From Mytilus trossulus (taxonomy: Eukaryota): 64,000 bases of DNA. The stretch is from assembly GCF_036588685.1 (NCBI RefSeq), contig NC_086374.1:1426001-1490000 (forward strand). Reading direction: 5' to 3'. The translations under genes and the position numbers were made by a program. Below are positions 36,601 to 49,965 of this stretch, piece by piece. The notes below the pieces were generated by a model that had not been told where the DNA came from, did not search any database, and was given only the letters and a program-made list of their open reading frames with translations. Each line of letters starts with the position of its first letter. Position 1 is the first letter of the stretch.

Positions 36601-37181
36601 AACAATATAAATAAATATCTTTAACCAATGAATTCAAATAGCAAATGCTATGCAATTAACAAATATATACTTATTAAGCTTCATGTAAATTATCTAACTA
36701 AAAATTATATAACAATAAAATGCATTCAATATGAAATTTAGAGTTTTACCAAGGGAGCTAATAATTGAATAATAACACTGTCTGCAACACAGCATTTCGG
36801 GGACTCTCCCTTTGGTATCTTTCCTCCCTCTTTTATAGCTGACTATGCGGGGGCTTTTCTAATTATTGGGGGCATTATGATGAAGTATAGTTGTTAATTT
36901 CTGTGTCATTTAGTCTCTTGGCAATCATTATACATATTCTTTTATATATAGCGATGTCGTTATTACGACATAGCGATGTCGTTATAACGACATAGCGATG
37001 TCGTTATTACGACATGATATGTCGAAATTACGACATAGCGATGTCGTTATAACGACATGTTATGTCGAAATTACGATATAGCGATGTCGTAATAACGACA
37101 TCTTATGTCGAAATTACGACATGCTATGTCGTAATTACGACATAAAATATTTTTTTTGAATGGCCCTTATCGGCTTCCGTA
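33683..37181. mobile_element. Non-autonomous IS3EU-like fold-back DNA transposon
   Basis: TACGG...CCGTA termini; 6-bp TSD GAAGGT at 33677-33682 and 37182-37187; subterminal palindromic ATGTCGTAATTACGACAT-type repeats. Inverted arms are closely similar for ~640 bp and traceable to ~930 bp; no transposase ORF. Confidence 0.88.
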
Positions 37182-37574
37182 GAAGGTCACCAACAACATT
37201 TTTATAAAAATAAACATTTCAAATCAAGTTAACAGGTAAATATATGCGGATATCGATATCGCGGTAGTTAAGTGTCTGGCTGAGATTGTGTTTTTTCGAG
37301 TAAATCGGTCCACTTTTTTTCGAGTGTGGATCGGAGTTTTTTCGAGTGATATAATACGCCGTCAGGACATTTAATTTTATTTCGCAAGTTTAGTTTTATT
37401 CATGATTGTTTATCTGCTTAATGAAAACTATATAAACACAAATTTGAACACAAACTATGCATAACTTCCTTGAATATCACCATGATCACTAAAGGAAATC
37501 TTTACTACAGAAGAGATCATTTCAGACTCTCCGTTTCTATATAACAACATTCCAACAGCGCCAGCATACAGAGT

Positions 37575-38030
37575 ATATATCTCCCAATTGATCTCCAAAT
37601 TGATACGATATCCTCGGGCTTGTATTTCCTATCATAATATCCTTGAATGATAGAGGATTGCTGATCACAAGGAAGCCGAGTATTAAAGCAATAGTTCCAA
37701 ATGGTAAAGTTGAAATCATCCATTCGTAAATTTGACAGACGACATCACGAGTTGGTTAATCGTTTTGGAATAACGTTTCACAGATGATAAAGGATATGTC
37801 GTAACTACAATCCATTTCCCTGTTCACTACGAATGTGACATACCAAATTATACTTTTTACCGGGTTTTTAATAACACGAGCAACACGACGGGTGCCACAT
37901 GTGGAACAGGATCTGCTTACCCTTCCGGAGCACCTGAGATCACCCCAAGTTTTTGGCAGGGTTCGTGTTGCTTAGTCTTTAGTTTTTATGGTGTGTCTTG
38001 TGTACTGATACTTGTCTGTTTGGTGGTTGG
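37575..38030 (+). mobile_element. Degenerate copy of the same Penelope-like 3' fragment as 12940-13477
   Basis: Shares ATCTCCCAATTGATACGATA... and CAGGATCTGCTTACCCTTCCGGAGCACCTGAGATCACCCC. Confidence 0.85.
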
Positions 38031-38039
38031 TTTTTTTTC

Positions 38040-38940
38040 GTTCCCTATTGTTAATTTTCCTTTTTTGGATGGTGATATTCCTTTGGCACCATCTTACGGT
38101 GTTTATATTTCATAGCTCGTTCGCTATGCTCGTGTCTGTTGTGACGTTTTTGATTTAAATGAATGTAATCTATGCATTACTGGTAAATTATTAAGCCAGG
38201 GATTTCGTTACCACAATTTACATATTTTTTATATTTGGTTTCGAAGTTTTGTTGTGCCTCTAGAAAACTTATTTCAAACGGGATAGCACATCCTCGTATT
38301 TACGGAGATATTGTTTTATACCGTGCCCGGGAATTTAGAAACGATCCTGACAAACTTATTAGCTTGTTCTCTGCTGAATACTACACTTTGAGTGTAGCGT
38401 AATACAAGCAGATTTCAGTTGAGTTAACTTATTGATCCTTTAATAAATCTATTCTAAAGGGTTATCAATTCAGCACTGTAATTAGATCCTTGAATATTGT
38501 TTTTATTGGTATTGATATTGATTTTGTTATCAATGAGTTAAAAGCAAACTAACCATTATTGTTATATACATATACACTTTCTTGGATCTATACAATCTGT
38601 CGATACCCGTATCTTGGCATTGCACAAGGTCATGTTTTCTCTGACTGTTTATGATGTCTTAAATTTACACTAAATCGATTGGAAGTTGGATGTGTACTGA
38701 TTTATATTTTGTTCTTAAATACATGACTTTATTTATTTGATGTTATTGGCGTTGAACTAGCTGTGAGTGTCAGTAACTGAAAGTACTTTTAGGTCTGTAT
38801 TGAGTGTGATTTGGTTGTTGAGATATACTTGTACCCAGAAATGTCCACTCTGCATGTGAAGTATTTATATTTTTATTCATCTGATGAGTTAAGCCTTTTT
38901 CAACCGATTTTAAAGTTCGTTCTTATGTTGAACTGTTACA
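38040..38940 (+). mobile_element. Second Penelope-like family: RT C-terminus and 3' UTR, decayed
   Basis: FPIVNFPFLDGDIPLAPSYGVYIS*LVRYARVCCDVFDLNECNLCITGKLLSQGFRYH. Confidence 0.75.
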
Positions 38941-38959
38941 ATTCAATTCAATTTGTCAA

Positions 38960-39107
38960 TTCGGGGCCTTTTATAGCTGACTATGCGGAATGGGGTTTAC
39001 TCATTGTTGAAGGCCGTACGGTGACCTATAGTTGTTAATTTCTGTGTCATTTGGTATGTTGTCGAGAGTTGTCTCATTGGCAATCATACCACATTTTCTT
39101 TTTTATA
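38960..39107 (+). repeat. Abundant short interspersed repeat; related copies at ~27465-27620 and 57470-57593, partial reverse-strand relatives at ~24070 and ~60600
   Basis: GGGGCCTTTTATAGCTGACTATGCGG...TTGAAGGCCGTACGGTGACCTATAGTTGTTAATTTCTGTGTCAT...GTCTCATTGGCAATCATACCACAT recurs in the window. Confidence 0.8.
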
Positions 39108-39585
39108 TCACCTTTTTCCACAGTACTAGTAAATACTTCTTGCCTTTATTGTATAACCTTACGCATAGCACTGTTATAACCATATAAAAAAGAGCTTATC
39201 ACATATTTTGGAAAACGTGCATTTCAGCAACTTATTTTTATAATATATCTTACATTGCATTTTCGGGGTACTGTCTCATTGAAATATTATACCTAAACTG
39301 ATGAGAAACTTTTGAGTTATATGACACATTTGCAACTCCAAAATTATTCAATGATCGTTTCTCCAATCGAATAAGCTAGTGCATCAATCTTATTGTCGTC
39401 TTGTGTAAGTTCAAGTGTACTTGTAGTACCAAATATTCTTCTAAATATTGAACATTCCAAGGTCTCGTATCAGTGACGTTGTTTCTTACATCATGTTTGG
39501 TCACTGTTTGTGTGAGATACGTATATAACCTTGACCAAGAAAACAGACTTTCTTTACAAGTTGTGCCTCTAGAAGAACAATCAAT

Positions 39586-42500
39586 ATGAATAGTTATATT
39601 TCAGTAGCTCTTGTTGTAATCTTTGCTGGATGTTCAATTGCCTATCCAACCCATGCTTCCTGCAAAATACAATGGTAAGAATATATGTTTCAACTATACT
39701 TTTCTTTTTATAAGTTCCTAGAGGACCATATGAATTTGAAAAAACGCAGCGTATACGTCAACGAAGGCATGTATTTGAGTTTTCACGTACGTACGTTTTC
39801 AAATAGCTACTGGAAAATTCGATCTCTATTCATTTAAAGATATATTTCAGATTTTTTTTTAATTGATTTTGCATAAATTATTTGCAATATTCAGATGAAG
39901 TTCAATGCATTAAAAAATATCATAAATACCGCCCACTTTTACTTCTCTTTTAATTCTGACAATGGCTGGCTTATAGTAAGTCAAAAGTTTACATATATTA
40001 CACATCTAAAATAAAATTCCAAAAGTAACACGTTGTTCAAGTTCTTATCGTTGGATTTCAAATATATTCTCTTATCAAATTATTTTATTGCCGCAGACAC
40101 TATGCTATGACAAAATGGCTAGTTCTATTCTGAGCTCTTGTTGAAAAGATCTTTAAAATTTTAGCTCTTTTTGCCTTTTAGCAATGCAAACTATTATTAT
40201 CGCTGACTCAGCTTGTGTCCGCCTCCCATTTTTCGTCGTCGAAATTTCTTCTTTTAAAATACTTGCTAAAGAACATAGGACAAATATATACCAAGCTAAA
40301 ACTTACCCTTACTGTGTCTGGTATAAAGATTATAGGTTTATCGTTTTGTGTGTACTGTTATTAGACGTATCATTGTTTTCGTCATGACATTGTCGGGTTT
40401 TTTTCCTACTTCAATTATTTGAATATCACGATCAGGTGATGGAGGGGGAGGGGGATAAGACTGAAGGCCAAGACAAAAATTATTTGATCACGTTCACATT
40501 CATCTGTGACATAGATAATCATAACGGCCAATAAAATCATGATAATATTAGTACACAAAATACATAAGCTATATTGAGCTTTTTGTCGTCTAAGGACCGA
40601 TTAAAAGACGTATATTTCTAAGTTTCATGAACTTCAAAACATTCAATGGGATAACTTCACTGTTTTCAAACAGACGCAATTTTTGAAAATTTCTTATATT
40701 TAAAAGCAGTTTTGAACGTTTGTGAGCTACGGCTTAAAAAATGGATAAAGTCATGTATGAATTAATACCAAACAAATCTCCTTATATCAAAAAATCAAAA
40801 AGATGAATAATTTCGTATGTGACGTCATTTATTTTAATTGCGTTGACGCCTGGACTGATTCGGGTGTGTCTATGCTGTATTGAACTTGGCATCATGTATT
40901 CGGGTTTAGTTTTCTGTAATAAGTTAATACTTCAGTTTCATTATGAATATATCTTTCATATTCATTTGTTAAAATTTACTGTTTGCAATAGCATGAATCG
41001 TTCTATATAATAATGGGGTTCTTATCCCGTGCATAAAAACAATGCCGTATTTGGCAAAAGCTTTTCAACTTTTGATCTTCAGTGCTGTACAACTTTGTAC
41101 TTTCTTTTATATCTGGGCGTTATGTATTCGGGTTTATCATATATTTAGTACAAAATACATCTATTTTGTATATCTAATACAGGTTCGTTTTTCCAGTCTG
41201 TATCACCTACCCTGTATCGCATACCCCGTATCGCATAGCTAAACCCGTATCGCATACCCCGTATCGCATGGTAAAACCCGTATCGCATACCTTTTTTTTT
41301 TTTTTTTTTTTTTACATAAATTCAGTTTTTATTGGGTTTTTTTGCTGAAATTTTTTTTCCTATAAATAGATAAAATTTACTGTTTGCAATAGCATGAATT
41401 GTTCTATATAATAAGAATGTTCTTATCCCGGGCATACAAACAATGCCGTATTTGGCAAAACCTTTTCAACTTTTGATCTTCATTGCTGTACAACTTTGTA
41501 CTTTTTTCACTTTCGATGTTATCTATTAATCATGTTTTTCTTTGTCTATGTTCTCCTATTTATTTGTATTGTAGTCCTGTAATATTATGTTGTCATTTCA
41601 ATGTTATATTTAACTTTGCCATTAAAGTGCGAGATTTGGCATGCCATAACACCAGGTTCAACCCACCACTTTTATTCCCCTTTAAAGGTGTCCTGTACTA
41701 AGTCAGGAAGATGGCCATTGTTATAATATTGTTCGTTTCTGTGTGTTTTGCATTTTAACGTTGAGTCGTTTGTGTTTTCTCTTATTTTTGAGATATTGAG
41801 ATAAGACGTGGCACGGTACTTGTCTATCCCAAATTCATGTATTTGGTTTTGATGCTATATTTGTTATTCTCGTGGTGTTTTGTCTGTTGCTTGGTCCGTT
41901 TCTGTGTGTGTTGCGTTTCGGTGTTGTATCGTTGTTCTCCTCTTATATTTAATGCGTTTCCCTCGGTTTTAGTTTGTTACCCCGATTTTGTTTTTTGTCC
42001 ATGGATTTATGTGTTTTGAACAGCGGTATACTACTGTTGCCTTTATTTATTGAATACTTTCTAAATCTGTGCAGGTATAGTTTAGGTTATTACATACGTT
42101 TGGAAGAACTTTTGTAAATTCAGAGCATAACATTAAATTGTATGTTCGGTGTTAATGCAATTTGTATTTGTTATTTTTTAAGGACATTTGGGATCAGTTG
42201 TGATATGGTCAAGGACAAAATCAAGACCCAAATATCTACATGGAAAACAGCAGATAACTGTCCAAATGGAGCAGGCGAAAAATGTCTGTATACAGTACGT
42301 ATTGTCAGCAGTTTAATTTGTCTATTATAGACAAGTAAAAGGTTACTGCAAAACGCTCATTTACTTTATGAATTTCAATTTAAAAGTATGTTTTATACAT
42401 TTTAACATATCTGTTATGAATCAGACATTTTTGAATCGTTGGAATTAATGGATTCGAATTTTGATCTTTCTTTATCTTTTTACATTTACTTAATATATAT

Positions 42501-45500
42501 ATATATGCGTAATTTTGCAAGGAACTGAAGTAAATGAAACTGTTACCAGTTCCTTGGTCTAAACGACCCTTCTTACTGCATCGTATAAAATGATAGGTAT
42601 AGTTTAGCAGTCTGAAATGGTAAAAACAATATAAATCCTAGTAATTTAGCGCAGTAATAAGAAATCATGTTTAAAAGATACGTTGTAACTTGATTGTGAC
42701 TATATAGTATACCAACTTAAGAATCACAGACACATTAGCGATAAGTACTGTACATTTTTGCACTCTCAACAAAAAAAGCAGTCATTCCTACAATTGTTCA
42801 GAAATTGACCCCTATCTACATGGTTATTTTCTTTTACATGATCCAGGGGTCGAAATTAGAACTAGTCTGGTGATCCAACAACAACATAATAAGACTAGCC
42901 TCGTTATGGTCTTGTATCATGCAGCACCTTCATTATAGTACTTTTAACTTGATTGGTTATTTATTTCACTTGATGTTTCAGTTTGTGAGTGAAACAGATA
43001 CAACCATAACAGCCAAACACGCGACACCAGTTAAACACTACATGGACGATTTGACCTTCACCTTTACTGCAAGTAACAGCATGTGCAATGTCAAGGTAAG
43101 TTCAAGGGTTATTCGGGTATATACTTCTCTTTATACTTTTGTTATATAAAAAAATCTGATCGAATTTTTTTCATGGTAAATTAATACAATTCCGAAAGCG
43201 TCGTTAGTCAGAATCGTCTATTGTGCGCGATCCGGTACCTATAGCTGTTACGTGTTTTGTAAGACACTGGAATGTCAAAATATTATATACTAGTATATTG
43301 TTGATCAACAGTTAAATTGACCATATTTTTTACTTTAATGTAGAAGTGAATAAAAAAGATTTACTCCAATCTAAGTTAACAAAGCATTGTCCCTAGAAAT
43401 CAAACTAGACTAACTTGACAGTGTGTAACGAACAATGACTAACAATCCAGATAAAAGGAGTAAATGTTGATGTCTTTAGCAATTATGATGAGTGACACTA
43501 ACCGTGAAATGGATATCTTTTGTTAATCGTGTATCCTCGGTGGCTTACTTGTCATTCACAACGCGACGTGTCATAAGTTGAGCAGGGGGTATTCGCCTTC
43601 CACATCACACGGGTCTACACCCGAACTTTTATTGGAATCCAAATGCTCCTTTTGGCTTGATTTATTAATGTCATTTATACAGACTATGTAGACCTCGAGC
43701 TTCACTTATGAGACATTATTTGTCGATATAAACACCTGGTGCAGTAAAATTGGTAGTGTGAATATGTTTAGTTTATTATTGCTTTATATTTTTTTATGTT
43801 CCATTTGTTCAATAAAGTAGGTATGGTACTGGTTAATACATTTTGATAATTTTTTTTAATGTTTTAATTTGTAGGGTTTCTCCACATCAGAAACATGGTA
43901 TGCTTACCTTGACTACAGCACAAACTATTGTAATCTATCTATTTATTTACATTACTGTATTAATTGTAGGGTTACTCCACATCAGAAACATGGTATGCTT
44001 ACCTTGACTACAGCACTAACTATTGTAACCTCAACAACCTTATCACAGGTATGGCATTACCTAATCATAGGTAGAACTACTATATAAACTTGTATACTTT
44101 AATCTTTATCACAGGTATGTCATTACCTAATCATAGGTAGAACTACTATATTAACGTGTATACTTTAACCTTTATCACAGGTATGTCATTACCTAATCAT
44201 AGGTAGAACTACTATATTAACGTGTATACTTTAATCTTTATCACAGGTATGTCATTACCTAATCATAGGTAGAACTACTATATTAACGTGTATACTTTAA
44301 TCTTTATCACAGGTATGTCATTACCTAATCATAGGTAGAACTACTATATTAACGTGTATACTTTAATCTTTATCACAGGTATGTCATTACCTAATCATAG
44401 GTAGAACTACTATATTAACGTGTATACTTTAATCTTTATCACAGGTATGTCATTACCTAATCATAGGTAGAACTACTATATTAACGTGTATACTTTAATC
44501 TTTATCACAGGTATGTCATTACCTAATCATAGGTAGAACTACTATATTAACGTGTATACTTTAATCTTTATCACAGGTATGTCATTACCTAATCATAGGT
44601 AGAACTACTATATTAACGTGTATACTTTAATCTTTATCACAGGTATGTCATTACCTAATCATAGGTAGAACTACTATATTAACGTGTATACTTTAATCTT
44701 TATCACAGGTATGTCATTACCTAATCATAGGTAGAACTACTATATTAACGTGTATACTTTAATCTTTATCACAGGTATGTCATTACCTAATCATAGGTAG
44801 AACTACTATATTAACGTGTATACTTTAATCTTTATCACAGGTATGTCATTACCTAATCATAGGTAGAACTACTATATTAACGTGTATACTTTAATCTTTA
44901 TCACAGGTATGTCATTACCTAATCATAGGTAGAACTACTATATTAACGTGTATACTTTAATCTTTATCACAGGTATGTCATTACCTAATCATAGGTAGAA
45001 CTACTATATTAACGTGTATACTTTAATCTTTATCACAGGTATGTCATTACCTAATCATAGGTAGAACTACTATATTAACGTGTATACTTTAATCTTTATC
45101 ACAGGTATGTCATTACCTAATCATAGGTAGAACTACTATATTAACGTGTATACTTTAATCTTTATCACAGGTATGTCATTACCTAATCATAGGTAGAACT
45201 ACTATATTAACTTGTATACTTTAATCTTTATCACATGTTTGCAAATTATGTAGTTACTCCTTTGTCCATAATAAATACAAGCATGATAAAAACAGAAACA
45301 TTAGCATGATAAAAGACAGAAACACTAGCATGATAAAAAAAAACCAGAAACACTTACATGATAAAAAAAATCCCCAAAACACTTGCATGATAATAAAAAA
45401 CCATAACACTTGCATGACAAAAAAAAATTAATCCAGAAACATTTGCATGATAAAAACAGAAACATTAGCATGATTAAAGACAGAAACACTAGCATGAAAA

Positions 45501-45952
45501 TACAACAACTCTCGAATAAAAACAGGAACTCACACTAGCATGTTTAAAAACGGGAACACGAGCACTGAACTCGATTGAATAATTTTCAATTATAGATATC
45601 AATATTCTACATTTTTGTCAACTCTATGGAAACAACGCCGCATCTAAATTTTGCTAAAGCTCTCCTGTATTTACCAACGAACTTTTAGTTCTATTCTGAT
45701 TATTTAATCTTTTCATTTTGTTTATAAGAAAATCTAGAAGGGTACTATGCAGTTAAACATAAAAAAAAAACTTGACATGTGACAGGGTAAACATAGGTCT
45801 TGCTGGATAATTATGATTCGCAAGATGTTATAGAAAATTGAATGTCTATTTTTCTTTCAGGTTCTGGACTTGACAAGGTTAATGCATACAAGGAGGTCAC
45901 GAGCGATGCTGTTTGTACACAATATTCCAGCAAAGATTGCGATAAATATTAA
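39586..45952 (+). CDS. Paralog B: uncharacterised secreted 161-aa Cys-rich protein; exons 39586-39674, 42183-42294, 42982-43095, 43970-44048, 45861-45952
   Basis: MNSYISVALVVIFAGCSIAYPTHASCKIQW|TFGISCDMVKDKIKTQISTWKTADNCPNGAGEKCLYT|FVSETDTTITAKHATPVKHYMDDLTFTFTASNSMCNVK|GYSTSETWYAYLDYSTNYCNLNNLITG|SGLDKVNAYKEVTSDAVCTQYSSKDCDKY*. Signal peptide; canonical splice sites. Confidence 0.94.
41690..42050. repeat. Interspersed repeat ending GAACAGCGGTATACTACTGTTGCCTTTATTT; opposite-strand copies at ~47598, 51796, 53305, 54893, 56971 and a same-strand copy at ~57280-57330
   Basis: AAATAAAGGCAACAGTAGTATACCGCTGTTC motif seen at least 7 times. Confidence 0.8.
43871..43935 (+). other. Truncated duplicate of paralog B exon 4 with its own acceptor
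   Basis: TTTGTAG|GGTTTCTCCACATCAGAAACATGGTATGCTTACCTTGACTACAGCACAAACTATTGTAA, 95 bp upstream of the complete exon. Confidence 0.9.
44049..45236 (+). repeat. 18 x 66-bp near-perfect tandem array starting at the exon-4 donor of paralog B
   Basis: Unit GTATGTCATTACCTAATCATAGGTAGAACTACTATATTAACGTGTATACTTTAATCTTTATCACAG; GTATG at 44049, 44115, 44181 ... 45171. Confidence 0.97.
45280..45560 (+). repeat. Degenerate ~22-28-bp minisatellite (GCATGATAAAAACAGAAACAC)
   Basis: GCATGA recurs about 10 times with A-rich spacers. Confidence 0.75.
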
Positions 45953-47291
45953 AATATTTAAAAATGTTTTTGATATTTACTTGATATTCTAATTCTTCAT
46001 AGTTAGCCAACCAAGTTGGTTTCATCTTTAGAGACACAGAAGATTTTGCAAAAACAATAAAAGTAACAGGTCTTTTTGCAGTTACTATTCACATTTTAAG
46101 CTACGTTGTGATCTTGTGGAGTTAACAAATGAAGACTGTTAAGTCTGTTGAAATTTAGATAACATGTAAGCCAACAAACAAAAAAGGAGTATATTATAAT
46201 GCTGTTACTTTAAAAAAAAATAATAATTAAAACGGTCGTCATTATCAAACAAAGATATGTTATCAACGAAACATTTGGAGAGATTTTATCCATGGCTCAA
46301 ATGTCATAATGCAGAAACAAAAGATTTATACTTACTCGAGTCAATCAGTTGCTGATATAGCACTGACCTTTGTAATAATGCTATAAAATATAATACGTTG
46401 TTTGTCATATCATGGACATTACGAAATTAAATTAGGCACAGTTTAACATGATTTAAAAGACAACATCATTACACCGAAACTGTAACCAATTTTCATTCTT
46501 GATCCGTAAACTCAAAAACAGACAAAGATGTCCTCACTCGTCAGACATAGAAGTTAAGATTCTAAATACACGGACAAACAGGTCATATTATTTGGAAACA
46601 CAATGGTTGCCAAAGTTGTAGTCTAGGAATCGATGATGTTATTTCCACCTTTTGAATCTTCCTCCTCCATTATCTAGCCAAGTTCGGTTAAGACAGTATT
46701 AAAGGTTCAAAGGGGTTTGTCTAGAAAACAACAGGTTGACTCCATGATACCTGGACATCATAGATACATTTTCAGTGATAGAAGTTGATTCATTTTATAA
46801 GTGATAAGACCGTTTTATTTGCCTTTGTTTGCACATGAGTTATCACAATAGCATCAAATGGTAATCATCTTACCTACCGGAATAGACATTACTCTGTGAA
46901 AAGATACACCGTACCAAACGAAAATCCCCGTAAAGGAGAGAGAAAAATAACAGTACGGTAAGAAAAATAGACTCCTTTGTCGTAAATTATTGATTAGCAT
47001 TTCCCGTGTATCACTTACTAGTAATACAAATGAAAAAGAGGACAATTATTGCTGTTGTTTTTTTAATATCATCAACATATTCTTGATTGTTTGCAACTTT
47101 CACCATTTCTACATCTGAAAATGTCTTTACCAAGTCAGGAATATGGCAGTTATTTTCCATTCGTTTTTTATGTGTTTTGTTATTTGACTTTGCCATGTGA
47201 TTAGGGACTTTCCGATATGATTTTCTTCTAAGTTCAGTATTTTTGTGATTTTACATTTTTGTACTTGGTTGGCTATAAAACTATGTTAATC

Positions 47292-47345
47292 TGAGCGTCA
47301 CTGATGAGTCTTATGTAGACAAACCGAACCGCACGTCTGGCGTAT
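47292..47345 (+). ncRNA. Degenerate type I hammerhead ribozyme (GAAA box mutated)
   Basis: GCGTCA-CTGATGA-GTCTTATGTAGAC-AAACCGAACC-GCACGTC-TGGCGT. Confidence 0.6.
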
Positions 47346-48489
47346 AAAATTATAATCCAGATATCTCTGATAACTCTTTATAATGTTCTAGCCAAAAGTG
47401 AATTATAAAGTCCTGGAGTAGAATAAGAAAAATACCGGGCTCCAAGAAAAATTGCAAAGGAAAAGTCTCTTATCAAATGCTCAGACAGATCAAAAGAACA
47501 AAATAAAACTGTCAAACAAACCTGGTTTTAGCTGAACCTCTCAATTGTATGATAGTCTCAATAATTTCATCATATTGACAGCAATGTATAAACTAAACAA
47601 AGGCAACAGTAGTAAACCGCTGTTCGAAATTCATAAATCGATAGAAAAAAAACACAAATCCGGGTTACAAACTAAAACTGAGGAAAACGCAGTTAATATA
47701 AGAGGAGAACAACGACACAACATTAAAATGTAACACACACAGAAACGAACTATGCATTAGACAAATCCGATGAGAATAACAAATATACAACATAAATACT
47801 AAATACATGAACTTGGGATAGAAAAGTATCGCGACACGTCTTATAGCAATCCAAATTCAGACTCAAATAAAAGAGGAAACAAACGACACAACAGCAACAC
47901 AACGTTTTTTAACCTTATTTTAAACTTATTACAGAAAGAAGAAAAAACGGATACATTACACAAACCAACATAATCCAATAGCAGAAAAGTACACACCCGA
48001 GTTAGTCAACGCCTGAAAGCAAAAAGTAACATCACATTTGAAATGGTAAAAAAAGCACAAATAATGACGTCACATTTGAAATTCTAAAACAGCACAGAAA
48101 ATGACGTCAAATTTGAATGACTAAAACTATTTCTCAAAAATAAGATAGAATTATGTTTGATTTAAGATTATATTTGTACAAAATACTGATATTACATTTA
48201 ATAACAATGAAAATTGCAACACTTGAAGATAATTGACGATATAATAGGTAAAAATGTCGATACAGCTCTCAGAATTATGCTATCATCTTAATTTCTATAA
48301 AAGCAAACAACTCTTATAATCCTGGTACTTTTGATTACTATTTAAACAAGAATAAACAAAATGGAATATAGACACTCTATAGCCAAAGCACTGTAAAACA
48401 ATGGCGGCATGTAAAAATAATGTCAGTTTCAAGAATCTTCAAGATCATCATGTATTATTTGTGAAGTTGAAATGGAATCGGTACAAGAA

Positions 48490-49000
48490 CATCATTCACA
48501 TCTTTAGCTCAACGTGCATACATCTGATTATACGTTCATGTGTTTCACATCCTATCTTTTATGGTAATATTTTATAAACTAACATGTCGTCGGCATTCAC
48601 CTCAAAAACTAAACCTTTAAACAGACTTTTCAGAAGTGATTTAGTTACGATACTATTGTCAGGTCATGAAAGATTGCATTTTGTTATTATCAAATATTGA
48701 ATAGAGCATACTATATCGGTCTTTACATCAGAAATAAACACAATTATTCTAAAACCAGTAATTGGTATGATGAAACCCCATATGAGAGAATTGTGCTTGA
48801 TTTTCATATAATGAAGACTTAAGCTTTCTATCAGGTTAATTGAGGTCTGGAGCTTGCATGTCAGTAACCACTAGTATAGTCCATTGTTTATTTATGTTAT
48901 CATTGTTATTTTGCTTGGTTCCTTATGTTACCTATTCTAACATTGAAGTTTTCTTTTAAACTGAGTTTTACTGTGCGTATTGCTGCGTCATTGTTTATTC
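48490..49000 (+). mobile_element. Highly decayed Penelope-like 3' fragment
   Basis: Resembles 38280-38560 (CACATCCT..TTTATGGTAATATT, AAACCTTTAAACAGACT, TACTATTGTCAGGTCATGAAAGATTG). Confidence 0.5.
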
Positions 49001-49965
49001 TACATTTCTATAGGTAAAGTGGAGGGTTTAGATATCACAAAATAGGTAAACTGTGCCGTATTTTTATGCATGTCCCAATAAGGGACATCTGGCCATTGTT
49101 AGCCTTGTATGGTTTTCCCGGTTTATTAATATGTTTCGGAGTTTAGTGTCCCATCGGATCCATTTTCTATGAACTAGTACATATTTTTGTTTTCTGATGT
49201 TTTCTCCGGGTGAAGAGTTGCTTTCCTATCCTTGATTGATTTTGCTGTGTATTTGATGTGCTTTGGAAAGTATATGTTTGAAAGCAATTTGAAAACATGC
49301 GCATTACCTTTTTTTCACAAATCGTCAGTTTAAGTGATATTAGTTTAAGAGTGTTGAAGAGTTATTGTTTCCATCCAAAGTATTACTTGCAGAGAATTCT
49401 TTTTAAACATAATCTTCAGTTTTGCCACTTAAGTTGAACAATAAGATAAAAATATTAGTATACTTCAGATAAATACCCCCCCCCCCCCCAAAAAAAAAAT
49501 GCTTAATCATAAGGAACAGATAAAACAATTATTCACAATAATTCTATAATGTCGTTTCTGCGCACTGACTCAAAAATGATATCTGACTAAATTAGTTTAA
49601 TTTTTTTCTTGTTCAAAATGACAAATGGATCTAACTTTTCACAGCTGACGACGAAATTCATTTTGAACTTTCCTGTGCTGTTACGCTGGTTTCATATCGA
49701 CATCAGTTCTACTTTTTATCCTTGGATGATCACCATTCTAAGCTAATCAGCTGTGGGTATCAGATCTGTCTTTAGATCAAAAGATCAAACATACCAAGAT
49801 TGTCAAATTTTGATTAACATGTGAACCATCTCATGGCCTCATGTCAAGTCACGTTGTTTCTTATCATTAAGGGTCACTGATTTGTGTGACTGAATCCACA
49901 TATATTTACTTGTCAGAGAAAACATACTTTCTTTCTAAAGGATCCCTCTAAGAAGAATAAGCAGA

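Noticed and set aside
38878-38910. CTGATGA motif as another hammerhead or C/D snoRNA
   Set aside because: No GAAA box or stem III follows, and the D-box partner is imperfect (CCGA).
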